Below, in pieces: positions 9,543-20,959 of a stretch of 64,000 nucleotides of DNA. The notes below the pieces were generated by a model. The model searched no databases. It worked only from the letters and a program-made list of their open reading frames with translations, and was not told where the DNA came from. Every line of letters begins with the position of its first letter. Positions within the stretch are counted from its first letter, which is position 1. The stretch comes from an uncultured Lachnobacterium sp. Lineage in GTDB: Bacteria; Bacillota; Clostridia; Lachnospirales; Lachnospiraceae. The stretch spans positions 16,671 to 80,670 of the forward strand of contig CAYROM010000001.1 of the NCBI GenBank assembly GCA_964425905.1, in the 5' to 3' direction. Both the position numbers and the translations under genes were made by a program.

Positions 9543-10631
9543 ATGATTTCCAATCAGATACTGCAGAACACAATAGATGGTTTAAAGGGAATTACGCGGA
9601 CGGATCTTTGCGTTATTGACGTGGAGGGGAAAATTCTTGCCGTTACATTTTCCGATGCGGAGAAGTTTGTTGAATCTGCAAGGACATTTGCAGAATCCCC
9701 GGCAGACAGCCAGGTCGTAAACGGATGTCAGTTCTTTAAGGTATTTGATGATCATCAGCTTGAATATATTCTTCTGGCATATGGGGATACAGAGGATGTC
9801 TATATGATCGGCAAGATCGCGACATTTCAGATCCAGAATCTTCTTGTAGCATACAAGGAGCGCTTTGATAAGGATAATTTTATCAAGAATCTCTTGCTGG
9901 ATAACCTGCTTCTTGTCGATATCTACAACCGCGCGAAGAAGCTGCATGTCGAGACGGAGGTTCGCAGGGTTGTGTTCATTATTGAGACAAACCGTGAAAA
10001 GGATGGCAATGAGCTGGAGAAAATCCGTGGATTGTTCGGGGGAAAGTCCAAGGATTTTGTCACGGCAGTAGATGAAAAAAATATCATTCTGGTGAAGGAA
10101 GTAGGGGATCATGAGACTTATACGGAGCTTGAAAAGACTGCGGAAGTGATCATCAATCTGTTTCGTTCGGATATTGAGAACAATGTACATATTGCATACG
10201 GGACGATCGTGAATGAGCTCAAGGATGTTTCCCGCTCCTACAAGGAAGCCCGAATGGCGCTGGACGTGGGGAAGATCTTTTTTGAGGAGAAGAATATCAT
10301 TGCGTATTCACAGCTTGGCATTGGACGTCTGATCTATCAGCTGCCGATCCCTCTCTGTAAGATGTTTATCAAGGAGATCTTTGACGGCCGATCCCCGGAT
10401 GAATTTGATGAGGAGATGCTGACGACGATCAATAAATTTTTCGAGAACAGCTTAAATGTTTCCGAGACTTCACGTCAACTGTACATTCACAGAAATACGC
10501 TGGTATATCGTCTGGACAAGCTGCAGAAGAGCACCGGGTTGGATCTTCGCGTTTTTGAGGACGCGATCACGTTTAAGATTGCACTCATGGTCGTAAAGTA
10601 CATGAAGTATATGGAGTCATTGGATTATTAA
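9543..10631 (+). CDS. PucR/CdaR-family transcriptional regulator
   Basis: C-terminal HTH of PucR type (SETSRQLYIHRNTLVYRLDKL.K.TGLDLRVFEDA). Confidence 0.65.
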   Translation: MISNQILQNTIDGLKGITRTDLCVIDVEGKILAVTFSDAEKFVESARTFAESPADSQVVNGCQFFKVFDDHQLEYILLAYGDTEDVYMIGKIATFQIQNLLVAYKERFDKDNFIKNLLLDNLLLVDIYNRAKKLHVETEVRRVVFIIETNREKDGNELEKIRGLFGGKSKDFVTAVDEKNIILVKEVGDHETYTELEKTAEVIINLFRSDIENNVHIAYGTIVNELKDVSRSYKEARMALDVGKIFFEEKNIIAYSQLGIGRLIYQLPIPLCKMFIKEIFDGRSPDEFDEEMLTTINKFFENSLNVSETSRQLYIHRNTLVYRLDKLQKSTGLDLRVFEDAITFKIALMVVKYMKYMESLDY

Positions 10632-10641
10632 GGAGATTACC

Positions 10642-11325
10642 ATGATTACATTGGAACATGTCAGTAAGTCATATTCCGCAGGGATTCCTGCGCTGAACGA
10701 TGTGAGCCTGAATATTGAGGAAGGGGAGTTCGTTTTTATCGTTGGAGACAGCGGATCGGGAAAGTCCACGCTGATCAGGCTTCTGTTAAAGGAACTTGAC
10801 CCGACGGAGGGAACTATCACTATAAACAATAAAGATTTACACAGGATCAGACATAGGCAAATCCCGAAATTCCGCCGGAATATTGGCGTGGTATTTCAGG
10901 ATTTCCGCCTGTTAAAAGACAGAAACGTTTATGATAATGTGGCATTTGCCCAGAAGGTGATCGGCGAGAAGAACCGGAACATACGCAAGCGCGTGCCGCA
11001 GATGCTTTCTATGGTGGGACTGGCGGCGAAGTACCGCTCCTATCCAAAGCAGCTGTCCGGAGGAGAACAGCAGAGAGTTGCCATTGCAAGGGCATTGATC
11101 AATGAGCCGAAGATTCTGCTTGCGGATGAGCCCACCGGTAATCTGGACAACAATAATGCATGGGAAATTATGAAACTTTTGGAAGAAATCAACAGCAGAG
11201 GAACAACTGTTGTAGTCGTAACCCACAACATGGAGATCGTAAAGGTTATGAAAAAACGTGTCATTACTGTAAAGAAAGGTGTTATCGTCAGCGATAGCGG
11301 GCAGGGTGAATACGATGAGGATTAA
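10642..11325 (+). CDS. ftsE: Cell-division ABC transporter ATP-binding protein FtsE
   Basis: Walker A GDSGSGKST, signature LSGGEQQRVAIARAL, 227 aa. Sits directly upstream of ftsX. Confidence 0.9.
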   Translation: MITLEHVSKSYSAGIPALNDVSLNIEEGEFVFIVGDSGSGKSTLIRLLLKELDPTEGTITINNKDLHRIRHRQIPKFRRNIGVVFQDFRLLKDRNVYDNVAFAQKVIGEKNRNIRKRVPQMLSMVGLAAKYRSYPKQLSGGEQQRVAIARALINEPKILLADEPTGNLDNNNAWEIMKLLEEINSRGTTVVVVTHNMEIVKVMKKRVITVKKGVIVSDSGQGEYDED

Positions 11326-12223
11326 TACGCTTTTCTATTCCATCAGGCAGGGCTTTCGCAATATCGGAAGGAATAAGATGTTTTCCCTTGCGTCGATAGC
11401 GACGATGTCGGCGTGCATTTTTATGTTCGGACTTTTTTATATCATTGTAACGAACTTTACCAATCTGGTTAAGACCGCGGAGGAGAGCGTTGCCGTCACG
11501 GTTTTTTTTGAAGAAGGGATCTCGGACGAACGGCTCGAGGAGATCGGTCAGGATATTGTGAAGCGTGCAGAGGTGGCAAAATGTGTGTTTGTATCCGCAG
11601 AGGAAGCATGGGAAGAGGTGAAGCAGGATTACTTTGAAGGACGTGAGGATCTTGCGGCAGCATTTCAGGGGGACAATCCGGTTGCCAATTCCGAGCATTA
11701 TGAGATATATCTGAGCGATGTTTCCATGCAGCCGACTCTGGTGGAGTATCTAGAGGGAATCGCCGGCGTCAGGTCTGTCAAACAGTCGGAGATGGTTGCG
11801 AATACTTTAACGGATTTTAACCGGCTGATCAGTTATATCTCCGCCGGGATCATTCTGATCCTGCTCTGCGTTGCCGTATTTTTGATCAGCAACACGGTAT
11901 CGGTCGGTATATCTGTCCGCCGGGAAGAAATCGGGATCATGAAGCTGATAGGCGCTACGGATTTTCTGGTGCGGGCCCCCTTCGTTGTGGAAGGCATGGT
12001 GATCGGGCTGATCGGTGCGTTCATACCGCTTACATTATTGTATTTTTTATACGGAAGGATAATATCATATATAACAGAGAAGTTTAATTTTATTGGTTCT
12101 ATCCTGAGCTTTATCGAGGCAGATGAGGTTTTCCGCACGTTGGTTCCTGTCTCCGTGATTCTGGGTGTCGGAATCGGTTTTATCGGAAGTCTCCTTACTG
12201 TCCGCAAGCATTTAAAAGTATAG
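11315..12223 (+). CDS. ftsX: Cell-division permease-like protein FtsX
   Basis: Start ATG 11315 overlaps the ftsE stop by 11 nt. N-terminus MRINTLFYSIRQGFRNIGRNK. Four TM segments with a large extracellular loop. Confidence 0.85.
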   Translation: MRINTLFYSIRQGFRNIGRNKMFSLASIATMSACIFMFGLFYIIVTNFTNLVKTAEESVAVTVFFEEGISDERLEEIGQDIVKRAEVAKCVFVSAEEAWEEVKQDYFEGREDLAAAFQGDNPVANSEHYEIYLSDVSMQPTLVEYLEGIAGVRSVKQSEMVANTLTDFNRLISYISAGIILILLCVAVFLISNTVSVGISVRREEIGIMKLIGATDFLVRAPFVVEGMVIGLIGAFIPLTLLYFLYGRIISYITEKFNFIGSILSFIEADEVFRTLVPVSVILGVGIGFIGSLLTVRKHLKV

Positions 12224-12229
12224 AAAAAC

Positions 12230-12270
12230 GGCCATGCTTTCGGCAGAAAAATGCCGTTGGCATGGCCTTT
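12230..12270 (+). terminator. Hairpin between ftsX and the S41 protease gene (possible terminator or attenuator)
   Basis: GGCCATGC and GCATGGCC form a perfect 8-bp stem. It encloses an inner hairpin CGGCA-GAAAAA-TGCCG, followed by TTTCC. Confidence 0.4.
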
Positions 12271-12352
12271 CCTATGAAATAAAAGTACTGCGTGCCATGA
12301 TGCGCAGCCCGCAGAAAGAGTTATATTTTGATTTAAGAAAGAAGGAATTGAG

Positions 12353-13612
12353 ATGGATAGTATGCAGCAGTTTCCACCGAAGAAAACACATAGATTTGGA
12401 GCGGGGTTCGCAGTCGGTCTGCTGACGGGAGTGGCGGCATTCCTGCTGTTTTTCGTGCTGTCGGTCAATCTTTACTGCAATCTGACCGGACAGTATCTTG
12501 TGTTTGGCGGACATGGCGTAACCCCGGCGGCGGATACCCAGATTCTGGATGAGGGGACGATATCAAAGATTTCGGAGCTTACAACATATCTGAATCTGTA
12601 TTATTATGATGAGGTTTTGCCGGAGGATGTGCAGGAGGCGCTGCTGGAGGGGATGGTATCTGGGCTGAAAGATCCGTATACGGTGTACTATTCACCGGAC
12701 GATTATGCAGATCTTAAGGTGAGCACCTCCGGCACCTATTACGGAATCGGCGCGGGTCTTTCGCAGGATACGAACTCGATGGAAGTTACCGTATCCAAGG
12801 TATACGAGGGAACTCCGGCGGAGGAGGCCGGATTGAAAAAGGATGATGTGATCCTGACGGTGGATGGAGTGGATGCAGCCAGCATGGAGCTGACTTCCTT
12901 AGTACAGCTGATCCGCGGAGAGGAAGGAACCACAGTACATTTGGAGATTTACCGGCCATCCGCCGGAGAGGAGCTTTCGTTTGATGTGGAGCGGCGAAAC
13001 GTGCAGCTTCCAAGCGTTGCGGGGCAGATGCTGGATAACGGGATCGGATATATACAGATCAGCGAATTTCAGACGAATACGGCAGCACAGTTTGAGGCTG
13101 TTCTGGAAGATTTGGAAGAACAGGGAATGCAGTCGCTTATCGTTGATGTCCGGGATAATCCGGGAGGGCTTTTGACTTCGGTTGTGGAGATTTTGGATGT
13201 GATTCTTCCGGAGGGAACTGTCGTATATACGGAAGATAAATATGGCAATCGCGATACATACACTTCGGACAGCGCGTGTATCGATTATCCGATGGTGGTT
13301 CTGGTCAATGGAAACAGCGCCAGCGCTTCGGAAATTTTTGCGGGAGCGATCAAGGATTACGGATACGGAACATTGATCGGAACTACGACCTTCGGAAAGG
13401 GTATTGTGCAGACGATCTTTCCGCTGTCCGATGGGGATGCCATTAAAGTTACCACCGCAAAATACTTTACGCCAAACGGCGCGAATATCCACGGGATCGG
13501 GATTGAACCGGATATTGAACTGGAATATGAGTTCATGGGACCGGAGGACGGAGAGTATGAGATGCAGTATGATAATCAGCTGCAGAAGGCTGTCGAAGTG
13601 TTGAGCCGATAG
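12353..13612 (+). CDS. S41-family carboxyl-terminal processing protease (CtpA/CtpB-like) with a PDZ domain
   Basis: N-terminal TM, a PDZ region, and the S41 catalytic stretch VLVNGNSASASEIFAGAIKDYG. Confidence 0.8.
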   Translation: MDSMQQFPPKKTHRFGAGFAVGLLTGVAAFLLFFVLSVNLYCNLTGQYLVFGGHGVTPAADTQILDEGTISKISELTTYLNLYYYDEVLPEDVQEALLEGMVSGLKDPYTVYYSPDDYADLKVSTSGTYYGIGAGLSQDTNSMEVTVSKVYEGTPAEEAGLKKDDVILTVDGVDAASMELTSLVQLIRGEEGTTVHLEIYRPSAGEELSFDVERRNVQLPSVAGQMLDNGIGYIQISEFQTNTAAQFEAVLEDLEEQGMQSLIVDVRDNPGGLLTSVVEILDVILPEGTVVYTEDKYGNRDTYTSDSACIDYPMVVLVNGNSASASEIFAGAIKDYGYGTLIGTTTFGKGIVQTIFPLSDGDAIKVTTAKYFTPNGANIHGIGIEPDIELEYEFMGPEDGEYEMQYDNQLQKAVEVLSR

Positions 13613-13661
13613 AATTTTTGCGGCTGTTTTATAAAAATATATAAGAGAAAGAGGTGATTCT

Positions 13662-14799
13662 GTGGTAGAATTAGATGAATTTAAGAGTACGCTCATAAGC
13701 TACAAAAATCCGCTGCAGGAAGTGAGGGATTCACTTTGACCTGGTAAGTAAAGAGCAAAAGATCCAGGAGCTGGAAAGGGAAATGGAAGCCGCGGATTTT
13801 TGGAATGATCCGGTCGAATCCCAGAACAAAATGAAAGAATTAAAGAGCATGAAGGACGATGTTTCCACGTATTTGATGCTCGCCCGCCAGTACGAGGATA
13901 TTGAGACCCTGATTGAGATGGGGTATGAGGAAAACGACGAGAGTTTGATTCCCGAGATCGGAGAGATGCTTGCGGAGTTTGTGGATACCTATGACGGTAT
14001 CCGCATGAAGACGCTGCTGTCCGGGGAGTATGACCGGGACAACGCTATTCTCTCTCTGCATGCGGGCGCGGGAGGAACCGAGTCCTGTGACTGGGCGTCC
14101 ATGCTTTTCCGCATGTATTCCAAGTGGGCGGACAAGAAGGGGTTTACGCTGGAAGTCTTAGATTCCCTTGACGGGGACGAGGCGGGGATCAAATCCATCA
14201 CATTTCAGGTGAATGGAGAAAATGCATACGGATATTTAAAGTCGGAGAAGGGAGTACACCGTCTGGTGAGGATTTCTCCCTTCAATGCGGCGGGCAAGAG
14301 ACAGACCTCCTTTGTTTCCTGTGACGTTATGCCGGATATTGAGGAGGATGTGGACATCGAGGTGCGCGATGAGGATATCCGAATTGATACCTATCGCTCC
14401 AGCGGAGCGGGAGGACAGCATATCAACAAAACCTCCTCTGCGGTCAGGATCACCCACTTTCCGTCGGGAATCGTGGTTCAATGCCAGAATGAGCGCTCCC
14501 AGCATATGAACAAGGATAAAGCGATGCAGATGCTGAAGGCGAAGCTGTATCTTTTGAAGCAGGAGGAAAATGCGGTAAAGGCGGCAGGTATCCGGGGCGA
14601 AGTGACGGAAATCGGATGGGGAAACCAGATTCGCTCTTATGTGATGCAGCCCTATACTATGGTGAAGGATCATCGGACAGGCGTGGAATCCGGAAATGTG
14701 GGAGCGGTCATGGACGGAGGTCTGGATCTGTTTATCAACGGATACTTAAAATGGCTGTCTCTGGGCTGCCCGAAAAATATGGGGGATGATGAGATATGA
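13662..14799 (+). CDS. prfB: Peptide chain release factor 2, with a programmed +1 ribosomal frameshift at CTT TGA C (13734-13740)
   Basis: Frame 1 runs from GTG 13662 (RBS AGAGGTGA) and encodes VVELDEFKSTLISYKNPLQEVRDSL, which ends at in-frame TGA 13737-13739. An SD-like AGGGAT sits 3 nt before CTT, as in E. coli prfB. Frame +1 then continues DLVSKEQKIQELEREMEAADFWNDP, which matches the B. subtilis RF2 N-terminus. Downstream are the SPF and GGQ motifs. The ORF track's start at 13783 is the truncated post-shift frame. Confidence 0.85.
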
Positions 14800-15611
14800 T
14801 GGGATATCGGATAACAGGCGCGCTCGAAGGGCTTCTCGCAGATCCCGCTGTAATCAAGGCGATTACCCTGCTTATCGTGGTGGTGGTGGCCGGTATCGGG
14901 ATATGCAGCGCAGTATTTTCCGTCAAGAGAAAGCTGCGGCAGCTGTCCCGGGCGGCCTTTGGAACCGACAGCTTTATCGACGGGTATAAGCGGCAGGCAG
15001 ATGTTCTGGCGGAAACGCCCAGATCCGTGTCCGGCATGACCCGGTTGATGGAGCCGCAGATCATGCGGGATTTTCCGGATTTTTCATGGGAGCAGTTTAA
15101 GGGCAAGGCAGAGAATATGCTGATATCTGCATTTTTGGCGATATCAGCGGCAAATCCGGCGCGGCTTTCCCCGGATGCCTCCGAGGAAGTCAAAAATCAG
15201 ATCAGAAATCAGATTGAGGCGAATAAAGCTGCGGGAATAAAGGAGACCTACTCCGATATTAAGATCCACCAGACCGAAATTGCAAATTACCGGCATGAAG
15301 CAGGAAAATGCATTATTACCATACAGAGCGCCGTGGGTTATATGCACTACATGGAGCAGAGCGGCAGGGTGATCGGAGGTCAGAAGGAGCGAAAGACCCA
15401 GACGAAGTATAATACGGAACTTATTTACATACAGGATGCAAGCGCCGCCGGTCTTGGAAATGCGGTTGGAACGACCTGCCCATACTGTGGAGCCCCTATA
15501 AAAAAGATTGGGACCATCCGCTGTGAATACTGCGGTTCGGGGATCACGCCGATCAATATTAAGGTTTGGTCTCTTCACAAATTCTATGAAGTGGATTATA
15601 ATCATAGTTAG
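14796..15611 (+). CDS. Hypothetical membrane-anchored protein with a C-terminal zinc ribbon, possible YdjG/YdjH-like partner of the SPFH protein
   Basis: N-terminal TM (ITLLIVVVVAGIGICSAVF), a soluble domain, and C-terminal CPYCGAPI...CEYCGSG. Overlaps the prfB stop through ATGA. Confidence 0.45.
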   Translation: MMGYRITGALEGLLADPAVIKAITLLIVVVVAGIGICSAVFSVKRKLRQLSRAAFGTDSFIDGYKRQADVLAETPRSVSGMTRLMEPQIMRDFPDFSWEQFKGKAENMLISAFLAISAANPARLSPDASEEVKNQIRNQIEANKAAGIKETYSDIKIHQTEIANYRHEAGKCIITIQSAVGYMHYMEQSGRVIGGQKERKTQTKYNTELIYIQDASAAGLGNAVGTTCPYCGAPIKKIGTIRCEYCGSGITPINIKVWSLHKFYEVDYNHS

Positions 15612-15648
15612 ATAATGTTTTACAATATCTTAGAGGAGGATACAATTT

Positions 15649-16965
15649 ATGGGAATTATCAAAGCGTTTGGCCAGGCGGTCAGCGGTACGTTTGCCGATT
15701 CATGGAAAGAGGTTATTGAAGCGGATAATATGGGCGACAATACCGTCTTTACGAAGGGTGTGCTGATCCGCCAGGGACAAAATACAAAAGGGACTTCCGA
15801 AACGGTCAGCAACGGATCGATCATCCATGTGTATGATAACCAGTTTATGATGCTGGTGGACGGCGGAAAGGTTGTCGACTATACGGCGGAGCCGGGATAT
15901 TACAAGGTGGACAATTCGTCCCTTCCGTCTCTGTTCAACGGACAGTTCGGTGATTCGCTGAAGGATGCATGGGGGCGTATCGGCTTCGGCGGACAGACCC
16001 CTACAAAACAGCAGGTGTTCTATGTGAACCTTCAGGAGATCAAGGGGATCAAGTTCGGAACGCGCCAGCCGATCAACTATTACGACAATTTTTATAATGC
16101 GGAATTATTTTTGCGCGCGCATGGTACATATTCTATTAAGATCGTAAATCCGCTCCAGTTTTATGCGGAGGCGATTCCGAGAAATGCGGAGCACGTGGAT
16201 ATTTCAGATATCAATTCCCAGTATCTGGAAGAATTTCTGGAGGCGCTGCAAACGGCGATCAACCAGATGTCTGCGGAAAGAACCAGAATTTCTTTTGTCA
16301 CCAGTCAGGCGACCGCCCTCGGAAAGAAAATGGCGACCGTTCTCGACGAGGAGTGGAACCAGATGCGCGGTATGGAGATCCAGTCCGTCGGCATCGGAAG
16401 TATCTCCTATGATGAGAAGTCGCAGGAACTTATCAATACAAGAAACGAAGGCGCAATGCTTTCAGATCCTACTATTGCACAGGGTTATATGGTTAAGAAT
16501 ATGTCGGAAGGCGTCAAGGCGGCGGGTTCCAATTCCGCAGGCGCGATGACGGGATTCATGGGCGTAGGAATGGGAGCCAACGCGCTGGGCAATATGATGG
16601 GCGGTCTGAACCAGATGGGACAGAACATTCAGGGACAGCAGCAGGCGATGCAGCAGCCCCAGGGGATGCCGCAACAGCAGCAGACTGCAGGCGCGGTAGT
16701 CGGAGCTGCTATGGCAGGAGCTGCGAACGGGGCAAATTTCTGGACCTGTGAGTGCGGGGAGTCAAACAGCGGCAAATTCTGCGGCAACTGCGGAAAACCG
16801 GCTCCGGTCCCTGCAAGCGCCTGGACCTGTGAATGCGGAGCAACAAACAGCGGTAAATTCTGCAGCAACTGTGGAAAACCGGCTCCGGCGGGCGACTGGA
16901 TCTGTGAGTGCGGCACGACAAACAGCGGTAAGTTCTGCAGCAATTGCGGAAAACCGAGAGCATAA
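15649..16965 (+). CDS. SPFH/band-7-like protein with a Q/G/M-rich linker and three tandem C-terminal zinc-ribbon repeats (COG4260, YdjI-like)
   Basis: RBS GAGGAGGA. The N-terminal ~300 aa resemble YdjI-type SPFH proteins. The C-terminus carries 3 copies of W(T/I)CECG.(S/T)NSGKFC(G/S)NCGKP. Confidence 0.6.
   Translation: MGIIKAFGQAVSGTFADSWKEVIEADNMGDNTVFTKGVLIRQGQNTKGTSETVSNGSIIHVYDNQFMMLVDGGKVVDYTAEPGYYKVDNSSLPSLFNGQFGDSLKDAWGRIGFGGQTPTKQQVFYVNLQEIKGIKFGTRQPINYYDNFYNAELFLRAHGTYSIKIVNPLQFYAEAIPRNAEHVDISDINSQYLEEFLEALQTAINQMSAERTRISFVTSQATALGKKMATVLDEEWNQMRGMEIQSVGIGSISYDEKSQELINTRNEGAMLSDPTIAQGYMVKNMSEGVKAAGSNSAGAMTGFMGVGMGANALGNMMGGLNQMGQNIQGQQQAMQQPQGMPQQQQTAGAVVGAAMAGAANGANFWTCECGESNSGKFCGNCGKPAPVPASAWTCECGATNSGKFCSNCGKPAPAGDWICECGTTNSGKFCSNCGKPRA
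16741..16962 (+). repeat. Intragenic tandem repeat of 81, 75 and 66 nt encoding the three zinc ribbons
   Basis: Units start at 16741, 16822 and 16897 and are nearly identical at the DNA level. They explain the spurious shadow ORFs in the other frames. Confidence 0.8.
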
Positions 16966-16993
16966 AAACGCAGAGTAACCGGATACTGTTAAA

Positions 16994-17030
16994 AACAGCC
17001 CATCGAAAAAAGCGGATGGGTTGTTTTTGT
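16994..17030 (+). terminator. Rho-independent terminator after the SPFH gene
   Basis: AACAGCCCATCG pairs with CGGATGGGTTGTT, followed by TTTGT. Confidence 0.6.
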
Positions 17031-17112
17031 ATTACGGTTATGTTAGAATCTTCATGGTAAAGACAGATGTAAGTTACAGACAAACACCGTGGAGAATATT
17101 TGGAGGTTTGGG

Positions 17113-17574
17113 ATGGCGGAAAAGGCGACCTACTTTGTTTTGAAGGAGAAGGCGGTGCCTGAGGTGCTGCTCAAGGTTGTGGAGGCCAAGCGGCTTCTGG
17201 ATTCCGGAAAAGCGGAATCTGTGCAGGAAGCGACGGAGACCGTCGGTATCAGCCGCAGTTCATTCTATAAGTATAAGGATGACATATTTCTGTACCATGA
17301 AAATACAAGGGGCAAGACGATCACAATGGTCATCCAGCTTGATGATGAGCCGGGGCTTTTGTCGGTGGTATTAAAATTTATTGCAGAGTCCCATGCGAAC
17401 ATATTAACGATCCATCAAAGTATCCCGGTTAACGGAATTGCGGTACTGACATTAAGCGTTGATCTTTTTCTGGACGTATATGAAGCGGACAGGGAAGGAA
17501 AAATGCGGGAGATGGTGAATGCGATCGAATCGGTAAGCGGAATACATTATGTCAAAATTTTAGCCAGGGAGTGA
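17113..17574 (+). CDS. ACT domain-containing protein (UPF0735/PheB-like) upstream of hom
   Basis: Start ATG 17113 after GGAGG. An ACT-like beta-alpha-beta-beta-alpha-beta C-terminal half. Typical partner gene of hom in Firmicutes. Confidence 0.6.
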   Translation: MAEKATYFVLKEKAVPEVLLKVVEAKRLLDSGKAESVQEATETVGISRSSFYKYKDDIFLYHENTRGKTITMVIQLDDEPGLLSVVLKFIAESHANILTIHQSIPVNGIAVLTLSVDLFLDVYEADREGKMREMVNAIESVSGIHYVKILARE

Positions 17575-17581
17575 CAGAAAA

Positions 17582-20361
<2,780 letters not shown>

Positions 20362-20376
20362 GGGAAATGATCTGCG

Positions 20377-20940
20377 ATGAAATATTTTTTCTCCATAATT
20401 TTATTTATCAGCAGTATTTTGGCATTCTATTTTGCCCTTCAGTCCTGCTGGACAAAGGGCAAAAAGGATATGGAAAGATGTCTGTTTTCCGTATTCTGCT
20501 TTTCCAGCGGAGTGTGGAGCCTTGGATTCGGAACTTTGATCGTACAGACAGATACGGAGATGGCAAAACGCCAGGAAAAGGCCGGAAAAGAAGGAAATTA
20601 CAGCTATATCGATTCCCATCTGGAAGAGTTTTTGCAGGAGTACCGGAAGCTGCTGGCGAATGTAAGGGCGGTTTTAGAGGACTATCATATGCCGGAACCT
20701 GCCGCATTGTCTGATCAGACAGGGTCGTTGGAGGAACCGGAGGTCCGCAGGCTTTTGCAGGAAATCCAAAGGAGTCTTAGCGAGTTTGATTTTGCAAATG
20801 CTTCCAATCTGATTAAAGATACCGATGTTTCCCACATTCCGGAAAAGTACCGGGACGGGTTTGCGCGGATGGATCAATGGATGGATGAGCTGGAGGTTGA
20901 GCGACTCCAGGAAGAGATAGAGAATTATTTAAATATATAA
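20377..20940 (+). CDS. Hypothetical membrane protein
   Basis: Two N-terminal TM helices then a charged, helix-rich C-terminus. No recognisable family. Confidence 0.4.
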   Translation: MKYFFSIILFISSILAFYFALQSCWTKGKKDMERCLFSVFCFSSGVWSLGFGTLIVQTDTEMAKRQEKAGKEGNYSYIDSHLEEFLQEYRKLLANVRAVLEDYHMPEPAALSDQTGSLEEPEVRRLLQEIQRSLSEFDFANASNLIKDTDVSHIPEKYRDGFARMDQWMDELEVERLQEEIENYLNI

Positions 20941-20959
20941 TTTTTATTGATGGAGCAAA

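Noticed and set aside
13783-14799. ORF-track start of prfB at Met 13783 (and similar track starts at 2800, 6018, 17089, 18799, 32593 and 60448)
   Set aside because: Each has an internal or alternative start with a far better RBS, protein-family N-terminal alignment, or both. For prfB the upstream frame plus the CTT TGA C shift site supply the true N-terminus.
16629-17083. Overlapping minus-strand and alternate-frame ORFs (16629-16943, 16709-17083, 16748-16978) with repetitive sequence
   Set aside because: They are artefacts of the three zinc-ribbon tandem repeats in the SPFH gene. The repeats keep several frames open at once.
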